DNA of 64,000 nt from an uncultured Candidatus Saccharibacteria bacterium (GTDB lineage: Bacteria; Patescibacteriota; Minisyncoccia; Phycocordibacterales; PALSA-1337): contig CAZLCD010000001.1 of assembly GCA_964558375.1 (NCBI GenBank), positions 209,160-273,159 of the forward strand. The letters run 5' to 3'. The notes under the pieces were generated by a model that saw only the letters and a list, made by a program, of their open reading frames with translations, was not told the DNA's origin and searched no databases. A program made the translations under genes and the position numbers. Positions 53,014 through 61,489 of the stretch are shown one piece after another; the stretch's first letter is position 1, and each line of letters starts with the position of its first letter.

Positions 53014-56000
53014 ATGAATAATTTGATAAAAACGTCTCATGCATTTATCATCATAATTTCTCTTTTTCTTGCAAGCTTAAATATTATATTTTGGTCTTCG
53101 GAACAATTGAGTATTGTTGCTAAAAATATTCCCATAGAATCCATAAAACAAACCGCGGCGGTGGGGGATTTTGATTCTAGTAAAATTCATCATGAGACTT
53201 TCGATAGTGGAGGATCGACTGGTATAGTAGGGCAAGCTAAGGTATTTGCTTCACTTACAGATAAAGTAAACACTCCAATAAATACCTCTACTCTTACCGG
53301 TGGCTTCACTATTTCTTTTTGGGCGAATCCTACAGCTCTAGCTTTTAATAAGTTTGCATATTCTGCAAGTGATCAGGGCGCAGACCGATTTTATTTTAGA
53401 CAAGATACAGGAACTAGTGCTGTAGCTGGACTCGGTAGTTGGAATCCCGCTATCAGTTCTGCTTTTTCTACAGATAAGTGGACTCACTATGTCATTACTT
53501 TAGATGGCACTACAGGTAAGATTTACAAAAATAATTCAGTCGTAGCTTCCAATTCAAATATTACCGTCGCTCTACCAAACTCTGTTATTGCTATAGGTGC
53601 AAGTAAAGATTCCACAGCAAATACTTTTTTCACAGGTTCTTTAGATGATTTCCGTATCTACAATCGAGCTCTTACTGTAACTGAAATAGATGATCTATAT
53701 ATACTTGGTGGAGGTGCAGTTGCAGAAGTAGATACCACCCCTCCCTCTGTACCTGCAAATGTTACAGCTACAGCAATTTCTTCATCTCGGATAGATCTTT
53801 CATGGTCTGCATCTACCGGTGGAGCCACAGGGTATCGTGTCTATAAAGATGGAAGTCAGATAACTACAACTGCTAATACCTCATATTCCAATACAGGACT
53901 TACTCCAGCTACTTCGTATTCATATACAGTCGCTTCATATGATGACGATTCAAATGTATCAGCTCAAAGCTCTTCTGTTTCTGCAAGCACACCTGCTGGG
54001 TCTGGTTCACCGATAGATGGACAATGTTCAACAACTTTAAATACATGCACAACCCCAACCCCCGCAACAAACATAAGAGCAGACGCTAATAATAATCTTT
54101 GGACTTGTCCTGGAACAAATAATGGCAATCCAGCATCTTGTTCATCACCTATTACAACTGGTGGCAGACAGCCTACAGTTTCTGGTAACGAGGTAACTGC
54201 ATATTCTTGCGAACAGGTAGATGTGCAGGCGGCTTTGAATATCGCTCAGACAGGGAATATTGTAAATATTCCAGCTGGAACATGTACTTGGACAAGTACT
54301 TTTAATTTCAATAAAGCAGTTACTCTAAAGGGGGCAGGGGTAGATCAAACAACGCTTATAAATGGTGTATCACACACTGGAATTTCTAGTTGTGGTGGAT
54401 GTACAAGACCACAGATTATTATCATGAGTTCAAGTAATTCTGGGTTAACTAGAATTACAAATATGACTATCGATGGTGGTTCGGGAACTATAGATGGACA
54501 AAATAATGGTTTTTTTCTAGTCTACGGAAGTTCTAAAAATTGGAGAATAGATCATATGCGTTTTCGCGTGACTCGTACTTCTGCTATAACCGCGTATGCT
54601 CCGGGCGGTCTCATAGACAATAATCGTTTTGATATTATTGGCTGGTATGTGAGTATCTATGGTAAAAATGGAGGAGGAGAAAATGGTGATCCTGTATGGG
54701 CTCAGGATACTGAACTCGGTACAGATAATGCCTTATATATAGAAGATAATACATTCTATTCTTCCACGCCAAGTCTCGGTCTTGATGGATGGATGGGACA
54801 ACGTGTAGTTGTAAGGTTTAATAATTTTAATAATTCCCGAGCAGGTAATCATGGAACAGAGAGCGGTAATCGTCTACGAGGTTCTAGGAGTTACGAAATA
54901 TATAATAATACTTTCAACAAAACTAATGGTGATAATTATAGCGATGCTGTAGGTATTCGTGGTGGTGTAGGGGTCGTATTTAATAATACCTTGTCAGGAT
55001 CTTTTACAATGGTTGGTTCTATGCACAACTATCGTGATCTACACCCATATTCACCTTGGGGTCAATGTGATGGAACGAGTCCTTTCGATTTAAATGATCT
55101 AGAAGATGATAATTCTACCCTAAGAGTTTATGATACAGGGACTTCTGATACAAATTCAGTATATTCTAATAATAATATTACACTTACAGATTCAGATAAA
55201 TCATGGACTGCTGGTCAATGGATTGGTTATAGTATTTGGAATACAACAAAAAATCTAAAAAGTCCCATAACATCCAATACAGCCACAACGATAACTAGTC
55301 CCACAGATAACAACAATAATAGCGCGCCATTATCTTGGAGTAATGGTGATAGTTTCAAAATAATACGCGCATCTATGTGTATTGATCAAGTCGGTAGAGG
55401 TAAGGGAGTTTTGATTTCTGGTGGACAAAGTAATCCAACCCCAAGAGCTTGGACACAACAAGAATTAGATCCAACATATATCTGGAATAATACTTTAAAT
55501 GGATCTTATCGTGCTATAGGTGATACATCGGTTCATATTGTAGAAGGTAGAGATTATTATAATAACACTTGTAAGCCCGGGTATAGTCCATACACGTATC
55601 CCCACCCCCTTACAGGACTCTCACCTCAAACTGTACCCTTGAATTGTAATGGTGGTACACCAGCGCAAACCTATAATCTCTCTGTTTCAAAACAGGGAAC
55701 TGGTTCAGGTACTGTGTCTGGAGGTTCTATTTCTTGCGGAAGTATTTGTTCAATGACAGGTTCCGGAAATATCTTACTCCTAGCTACTCCAAGCAACGGC
55801 TCAGCATTTACTGGTTGGTCAGGCGCTTGTACTGGTTCTAGTAGTATTTGTTCAGTATCTCTTTCTTCTAACCAAACTGTTACTGCAACCTTTGGTCCAG
55901 GAACTCTAGTCGGCACCCCCGCTCAATGTTCCACCACTCTAAACTCCTGTTCAACTGGTACCTTAAGATCTGGTAGTCAAAGTAGCAATTCTACCCACAA

Positions 56001-56898
56001 CCTCTGGACCTGTGATGGTCTAAATGGAGGAGCTCAAGCTTCTTGTTCTGTTCTTAAAACACTTCCTCCTACACCTGGTCAATGTTCTACTACCCTAAAC
56101 CTTTGTACTTCTGGAAATCCAGAAGGTATAACTGCCAACACTACTCATAATATATGGACTTGTGGTGGTACAAACGGTGGTGAAGCTATCTCTTGCTCAA
56201 AACTCATATCCAACATAGACCTAACTCCAACCACCAACTTGGTTACGGTAAACAAAACAGGATCAGGATCAGGTACGGTTACGGGTACAGGTATCTCTTG
56301 TGGATCTGACTGTACTCATGTATTACCTATAAACACCGCTATTACCCTCACAGCTACTCCAAACAGTGGTTATGTGTTCAGTAGTTGGTCTGGAGGATAT
56401 TGTTCTGGTAGTAATAATACTTGTACTATTACTCCTACTACAGACGCTACTGTTATAGCAAGGTTTAGTATTATTCCTACCGCAATAAATGGTCTATGTT
56501 CCACTACTCTAAACTCTTGTACTACTGGTAGATTTTCTGAAAGATCAGATAACACGACTCACTCTCTCTGGTCATGCCAAGGTACAAATGGAGGAACTAA
56601 TGTAGATTGTTCTAGTGTAAAACCTGCGGTACCACCTCCTGTTTATAATCCTCCAGTTCAACCTGTAAACTATACTCCTACTCCTTATGTCTATAAGAAA
56701 CCAGTAACTACTCCAAAGTTAATTCAACCAACCCCAGATCTCCCACCCTCCCCATCCTTCGAACCTCTAGACTTCATACCCACCGACTATATAAAGATAT
56801 TGCTCAATCTTACCAAAGATTTGGTTCTTAATTTTGTACAGAGAATTACAAGAGGTGCTCAGAAAGTGATAGAGGAGATAAAAATGCTAAGTAGCTAA
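53014..56898 (+). CDS. giant secreted multi-domain protein of the LamG family: signal, LamG, FN3, Cys module, beta-helix-like core, InlB-B-repeat, Cys module x2, InlB-B-repeat, Cys module, diverged family C-terminal tail
   Basis: LamG ends 'LDDFRIYNRALTVTEIDDLYILG'. FN3 is 'PPSVPANVTATAISSSRIDLSWSAS..ATGYRVYKDG'. There are four 'CSTTLN.C...(8-12)..TH.[LI]W[TS]C.G.NGG....C[S]' modules and two 'GSG.V.G..ISCGS.C...........L.ATP..G..F..WSG.C.........VTA.F' modules. The tail is '...YVYKKP...PDLPPSPSFEPLDFIPTDYIKILLNL...'. Confidence 0.85.
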   Translation: MNNLIKTSHAFIIIISLFLASLNIIFWSSEQLSIVAKNIPIESIKQTAAVGDFDSSKIHHETFDSGGSTGIVGQAKVFASLTDKVNTPINTSTLTGGFTISFWANPTALAFNKFAYSASDQGADRFYFRQDTGTSAVAGLGSWNPAISSAFSTDKWTHYVITLDGTTGKIYKNNSVVASNSNITVALPNSVIAIGASKDSTANTFFTGSLDDFRIYNRALTVTEIDDLYILGGGAVAEVDTTPPSVPANVTATAISSSRIDLSWSASTGGATGYRVYKDGSQITTTANTSYSNTGLTPATSYSYTVASYDDDSNVSAQSSSVSASTPAGSGSPIDGQCSTTLNTCTTPTPATNIRADANNNLWTCPGTNNGNPASCSSPITTGGRQPTVSGNEVTAYSCEQVDVQAALNIAQTGNIVNIPAGTCTWTSTFNFNKAVTLKGAGVDQTTLINGVSHTGISSCGGCTRPQIIIMSSSNSGLTRITNMTIDGGSGTIDGQNNGFFLVYGSSKNWRIDHMRFRVTRTSAITAYAPGGLIDNNRFDIIGWYVSIYGKNGGGENGDPVWAQDTELGTDNALYIEDNTFYSSTPSLGLDGWMGQRVVVRFNNFNNSRAGNHGTESGNRLRGSRSYEIYNNTFNKTNGDNYSDAVGIRGGVGVVFNNTLSGSFTMVGSMHNYRDLHPYSPWGQCDGTSPFDLNDLEDDNSTLRVYDTGTSDTNSVYSNNNITLTDSDKSWTAGQWIGYSIWNTTKNLKSPITSNTATTITSPTDNNNNSAPLSWSNGDSFKIIRASMCIDQVGRGKGVLISGGQSNPTPRAWTQQELDPTYIWNNTLNGSYRAIGDTSVHIVEGRDYYNNTCKPGYSPYTYPHPLTGLSPQTVPLNCNGGTPAQTYNLSVSKQGTGSGTVSGGSISCGSICSMTGSGNILLLATPSNGSAFTGWSGACTGSSSICSVSLSSNQTVTATFGPGTLVGTPAQCSTTLNSCSTGTLRSGSQSSNSTHNLWTCDGLNGGAQASCSVLKTLPPTPGQCSTTLNLCTSGNPEGITANTTHNIWTCGGTNGGEAISCSKLISNIDLTPTTNLVTVNKTGSGSGTVTGTGISCGSDCTHVLPINTAITLTATPNSGYVFSSWSGGYCSGSNNTCTITPTTDATVIARFSIIPTAINGLCSTTLNSCTTGRFSERSDNTTHSLWSCQGTNGGTNVDCSSVKPAVPPPVYNPPVQPVNYTPTPYVYKKPVTTPKLIQPTPDLPPSPSFEPLDFIPTDYIKILLNLTKDLVLNFVQRITRGAQKVIEEIKMLSS

Positions 56899-56908
56899 GT
56901 CAGGAAAT

Positions 56909-58858
56909 TTAGGCTGGTAAGAAATCCAAAGTTTTCTTATCTAGATCCGCCGCAGCAACCTTGAAGCGTATGCTATCGCCCAGAGTAAACCTCTTTCCAC
57001 TTTTCTGACCAAAGATAGAATATGTTTTCTTATCGAATTCATAAAAGTCATTGCCTATATCTCGTATTTTGATCATACCTTCGGACTTGGTTTCTTTTTC
57101 TTCAATATACAGACCCCATTCAGTGACACCAGAGATAGTTCCATCGAAAGCTTGGCCGATTTTGTCGGACATGTATTCTACTTGTTTTAATTTCTTTGAT
57201 TCTCTTTCTGCACCAGCAGCATCTATCTCTCGAGCCGTGCTTTTCTCTGCAATGTTTTGAAATTCTACAATTTCTTTATCACCAAAAGGTTCATGATTGA
57301 GATGTCTCTGCAAAATCCTTTGTATTAGAAGATCAGGATAACGACGTATCGGGGAAGTAAAATGCGTATAATATTCGAAGGCCAAACCAAAGTGCCCAAT
57401 GTTCTTGGTCGAATACACGGCCTTTTGCATTGAACGTATCACCGCTGTGCTAACAAGCGCTTCATGAGGAGTTCCTTCAATTTGTTTCAATAGATTCTTG
57501 ATATCAAAAGCAGTTACTTTACCATCCTTAGTATGAAGATTGTAACCCAAAGCTTTGACGAAAATCGAAAGATCCATCATACGTTCTTGGTCCGGCATAT
57601 CATGGATGCGGTATATAGAGCCCGTATCCCTTTTGCCTTTTTCTTTTATAGCATCGAAAATATGCTTGGCTACTTCGCGATTGGCAAGAAGCATGTATTC
57701 TTCTACAAGCTTATGTGTATCGAGCCTAGCTTTTTTGTAAACTCCTATTGGCTTACCATTTTCATCAAGTTTAAATTTAATTTCTTCTTGTTCAAACTCT
57801 ATAGCCCCTTGCTTAAATTTCTCTTGCTGCAAAACCTTAGCTATCTGATTTAATTTATTTAATTCGCCGAAGTACTGACCCTGTTTAGCATTGAGAACCT
57901 CTTGCGCATCTTCATAGGTGAAGCGATGAGTAGAATTGATAATGGTCTTGCCGAAGCCACGCTCAGTAATCTCTGCTCTATCGTTCATTGTAAACCAAGC
58001 AGAGAAGGTGAGCTTGTCTTCATGGGGGTTTAGACTACATACATCGTTCGAAAGCACTTCAGGAAGCATGGGTATGGTTCGGTCAACCAAGTATACAGAG
58101 CAACCTCTTTTGAAAGCTTCGACATCAAGAGCTGAATCTTCTTTTACATAATGAGAAACATCAGCTATATGCACACCAATCTCGTATTTTCCATTTCCCA
58201 AATCTTTAAATGAAATCGCATCATCAAAGTCTTTTGCATCGAAAGGGTCTATGGTGAAAGTAAGTGTATCTCGGAAATCTCTACGTTTAGGAATTTCTGC
58301 TTCAATATCTCTTATCTTATTAATTTCTATTTCTGTAGCTTCTTTTTCTACTTCGGTAGGGAAGCCGATCTCAAATCCTTTTTCGAGAACGATAGATTCC
58401 ATCTCTACGTTATTGTTACCTTTTTTACCTAAGATTTTTAATATTGTGCCCTCTGGATTTTGTTTTGGATCTGTCCATTCTTTCATTTTGACATAAACCT
58501 TGTCTCCTATAGAAACTGTGGCTATATCGGCTTGAGAGAGGCGAATAGAAGCATAAGCTTTCTTATCATCTGGATAGGCTGTGAGCACTCCCTCTCTGCT
58601 ATCTATAGTACAGACAAAAGAATCTCGCTTTCGCTCTATCACACGCACCACTTCGGCTGTCTGTTGCTTGTATGAATTGATTTTACCAAGCTTTATCTCC
58701 ACAGTATCACCATTCAGTGCCGTGTTCAGTGAACCTACATCGATCATGATATCGCTTTCCAGGTTTTCTGGATTCTTCATAAAACCCATACCCTTTCGAT
58801 TGGTGATAATAATACCTTGCAAGTTTTCAGTTTTTTTCATTAAATTACTATAACTCAT
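56909..58858 (-). CDS. rnr: ribonuclease R. The start is trimmed to Met 'MSYSNLMKK'; the track ORF extends to 59035, antisense through rpsP.
   Basis: RNB-domain motifs include 'DPFDAKDFDDAISF' and 'IYRIHDMPDQERMMDL'. There is a C-terminal S1-like region. The upstream 59 codons of the track ORF overlap the rpsP coding strand and look spurious. Confidence 0.85.
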   Translation of the reverse strand: MSYSNLMKKTENLQGIIITNRKGMGFMKNPENLESDIMIDVGSLNTALNGDTVEIKLGKINSYKQQTAEVVRVIERKRDSFVCTIDSREGVLTAYPDDKKAYASIRLSQADIATVSIGDKVYVKMKEWTDPKQNPEGTILKILGKKGNNNVEMESIVLEKGFEIGFPTEVEKEATEIEINKIRDIEAEIPKRRDFRDTLTFTIDPFDAKDFDDAISFKDLGNGKYEIGVHIADVSHYVKEDSALDVEAFKRGCSVYLVDRTIPMLPEVLSNDVCSLNPHEDKLTFSAWFTMNDRAEITERGFGKTIINSTHRFTYEDAQEVLNAKQGQYFGELNKLNQIAKVLQQEKFKQGAIEFEQEEIKFKLDENGKPIGVYKKARLDTHKLVEEYMLLANREVAKHIFDAIKEKGKRDTGSIYRIHDMPDQERMMDLSIFVKALGYNLHTKDGKVTAFDIKNLLKQIEGTPHEALVSTAVIRSMQKAVYSTKNIGHFGLAFEYYTHFTSPIRRYPDLLIQRILQRHLNHEPFGDKEIVEFQNIAEKSTAREIDAAGAERESKKLKQVEYMSDKIGQAFDGTISGVTEWGLYIEEKETKSEGMIKIRDIGNDFYEFDKKTYSIFGQKSGKRFTLGDSIRFKVAAADLDKKTLDFLPA

Positions 58859-58908
58859 ATTGCCTTTTTTTAACAGTTCTGATAGAGTATGAATCTCAAT
58901 ATATACAT

Positions 58909-59286
58909 ATGTTAATGATACGACTACAAAGAGTAGGAAGAAAACACGAACCGGTATTTCGTCTGGTTTTGACTGATTCCAAGAATGGCCCAAAAAGTGG
59001 CAAGTATCTAGAGGTTCTCGGTTCTTATGATCCAAGACTGGACAATAAGGCTGAACAGTTCAATCTTCCTGAAATCAAAAAACATATGGCTAATGGCGCA
59101 AAGCTCTCTGACACTGTGCATAACTTCCTTGTTTCAAGAAAGGTTATAGAAGGTAAGAAGAGAAATGCTTTACCAAAGAAGACTGCGACAAAGAAAGAAG
59201 TGGTAGCCGAAGCTCCAGCAGCAACTCCTGTTGCCGCTCCTGCAGTAGCTCCAGAAGCAGCCGCTTCAACTCCCTCAGCTGTGTAA
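58909..59286 (+). CDS. rpsP: 30S ribosomal protein S16 with an Ala/Pro-rich C-terminal extension
   Basis: 'MIRLQRVGRKHEPVFRLVLTDSKNGPKSGKYLEVLGSYDPR' matches S16. Confidence 0.9.
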   Translation: MLMIRLQRVGRKHEPVFRLVLTDSKNGPKSGKYLEVLGSYDPRLDNKAEQFNLPEIKKHMANGAKLSDTVHNFLVSRKVIEGKKRNALPKKTATKKEVVAEAPAATPVAAPAVAPEAAASTPSAV

Positions 59287-59373
59287 AAGTTTAGTTGACG
59301 ACTCCTGTGATAAGGTTACAATTAGGCGATAGTAATAGATAGGCAGATTATAATTTTTTAAGAACAAACAGAA

Positions 59374-59691
59374 ATGAACAGCAATAATGATCAGCAATTT
59401 TTAGATTTTGTAGTAAAGTCCTTGGTTGATAATCAGAATGATGTAAAGATTACAAGAACAGTAGATGAAATGGGTGTACTTATGACACTTGAAGTAAATG
59501 CCGCTGATATGGGCAAGGTTATTGGTCGTTCTGGTAATACCGCAAAGGCTATCAGAACTCTTCTTAGGGTGGTGGGTATGAAGAATAACTCTAGAGTAAA
59601 CTTAAAGATCAATGAACCAGAAGGGGCAGTACGACCAATGGAAAAGGTCAATAAAACTGTTGACGAAGCGATGGCGGATTTGAAGATTTAG
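59374..59691 (+). CDS. KH-domain RNA-binding protein (YlqC/UPF0109-like)
   Basis: 'MGKVIGRSGNTAKAIRTLLRVV' has the GxxG KH core, and the gene lies in the conserved rpsP-KH-trmD position. Confidence 0.8.
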   Translation: MNSNNDQQFLDFVVKSLVDNQNDVKITRTVDEMGVLMTLEVNAADMGKVIGRSGNTAKAIRTLLRVVGMKNNSRVNLKINEPEGAVRPMEKVNKTVDEAMADLKI

Positions 59692-60359
59692 TGAACTACC
59701 ATATCATCACATTATTCCCTCAAAGTCTTGATTCATACCTAAATGAATCGATTTTGAAGCGCGCGTCTGAAAAAGGTTTGATAAAATTCAAATTCTATAA
59801 TCCAAGAGATTTTGCTGATGGTGATAGCTATGCCGAACGAAGGGTAGACGACAAACCTTATGGCGGTGGACCAGGTATGGTCATAGAAGCTCTACCGGTT
59901 ATTAAAGCTATCGAAAAAGCCGTAGGTAAAAAGATAAAAGATCCTAAGACAAAAAAGAAAGTTAAAATAATTTGGCTTACTCCATCAGGCAAACAATTTG
60001 ATACAGTAGAAGCTAAAAACTTTGCAAAAAAATATACAGATATTGTTTTTATCTGTGGACGTTATGAAGGCATAGACGCTCGTGTAAAAAAAGCTTTTAA
60101 GGTCGAAGAAATATCCGTCGGTCCATTTGTGCTGACTGGAGGCGAGCTTCCTACGCTTGTTCTTATAGACACTATCTCTAGACAGATAAAAGGGGTGCTC
60201 GGCGATTACGCCTCGCTAGAAGAATCTCGCATCGCTTCTCCGGATGTCTATACACGACCAGAAATAGTAGAATATAAGGGTAAGAAGTATAGGGTGCCAA
60301 AGGTTCTTCTTTCGGGCAATCACAAACTCATAGATGAATGGAAACAAAATAAAAAGTAG
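59691..60359 (+). CDS. trmD: tRNA (guanine37-N1)-methyltransferase
   Basis: 'IITLFPQSLDSYLNESILKRA' and 'YGGGPGMV' are present and the gene context is typical. Confidence 0.9.
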   Translation: MNYHIITLFPQSLDSYLNESILKRASEKGLIKFKFYNPRDFADGDSYAERRVDDKPYGGGPGMVIEALPVIKAIEKAVGKKIKDPKTKKKVKIIWLTPSGKQFDTVEAKNFAKKYTDIVFICGRYEGIDARVKKAFKVEEISVGPFVLTGGELPTLVLIDTISRQIKGVLGDYASLEESRIASPDVYTRPEIVEYKGKKYRVPKVLLSGNHKLIDEWKQNKK

Positions 60360-61281
60360 CTTATTTGGTATCTTTGCATTAACAATAATCGCTGTTTTTA
60401 TTTATGGGTTTTCAAAACCCTATAGAATTGATTTAAAATCTCTTTATCTCGACTTGCCTCAGCCATCCCAAGTTAAAATTGTTATTTTTGGCGACATGAT
60501 GCTTGACCGAAGTGTTCGTATTTTAATCGATAGAAACGGCTTCGATAAATTCTTCTCTGGTATAAAGGATGTTGTGAAAGATACAGACATTGCCGTGGCC
60601 AATCTGGAAGGACCGTTTACTACCTTTCCTTCTATCACTACGGATTTTAAAAATAAAGAATTAAAGTTTACTTTTGATCCGAAGTTAGCCCAGCCACTCG
60701 CCGATCTAGGTTTCGATGTATTTGGCTTGGCGAACAATCATACTATGAATTTTGGCAGAGAAGGGTTTGATATGACCAAGCGTTATCTTCAAAATTCTGG
60801 CATCGCTTATTATGGAGATCCCAATAATAAAGAGGAAATAAGTACAGTTATTGTAAAAGAGGGAATTAAAATAGGCTTCATAGGCTTTCATGAATTTACC
60901 TATGTGAATTTTGATAAAGTCTTTGCAGAGATCACACTTCTGCGTCCACTTGTCGATGTACTTATCGTCTCTCCACATTGGGGAAATGAATATGAGACCA
61001 AGCCTACAGAAAAAATGGTGAAATGGGCCCATGACTTTATAGACTCTGGGGCAGACGCTGTGATCGGCGCTCATCCGCATGTGATTGCAGAAATAGAGGA
61101 GTATAAAGGCAAGAAAATATTTTATTCCCTCGGCAATTTTGTCTTCGATCAATACTTTTCAGAAGAGACCATGAAGGGTCTTGGGGTGGTTATGGAAATA
61201 GAAAAAAGTAATGGTCAGATCGAGATAAATTATAAGCAAATACCTATAAGGGTTGATAGAGAAGGTGTGAGGGCTAATTAA
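60334..61281 (+). CDS. CapA-family (PGA_cap) metallophosphatase-like membrane protein
   Basis: An N-terminal TM helix is followed by 'VKIVIFGDMMLDRS' and 'GLANNHTMNFG', a CapA-type calcineurin-like fold. Confidence 0.65.
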   Translation: MNGNKIKSSLFGIFALTIIAVFIYGFSKPYRIDLKSLYLDLPQPSQVKIVIFGDMMLDRSVRILIDRNGFDKFFSGIKDVVKDTDIAVANLEGPFTTFPSITTDFKNKELKFTFDPKLAQPLADLGFDVFGLANNHTMNFGREGFDMTKRYLQNSGIAYYGDPNNKEEISTVIVKEGIKIGFIGFHEFTYVNFDKVFAEITLLRPLVDVLIVSPHWGNEYETKPTEKMVKWAHDFIDSGADAVIGAHPHVIAEIEEYKGKKIFYSLGNFVFDQYFSEETMKGLGVVMEIEKSNGQIEINYKQIPIRVDREGVRAN

Positions 61282-61489
61282 GAATGGATGAACTGTACGC
61301 TCTTTCCTTGACTATTTTTGATCCATCTGTTAAGCTCTCTCTTAACTTCATCTGATTGAGTTACTCTCGTAAATTGAAGGATGCTTTAGTATTCCTTTGT
61401 GCTTTTATTACTAAGTCCCGCTAATCCCCATTTTTTGTATGCATATAACAAAAAAGTATTTTAGTCGTTTCAAGGAGCCGTTGACCGTG

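Noticed and set aside
58859-59035. A long N-terminal extension of RNase R (track ORF 56909..59035) overlapping rpsP antisense
   Set aside because: The first 59 codons ('MDHKNREPLDTCHFLGHSW...') are read from the opposite strand of the well-conserved S16 gene and have no RNase R similarity. The start was moved to Met 'MSYSNLMKK' (58858), and Met at 58840 is also possible.
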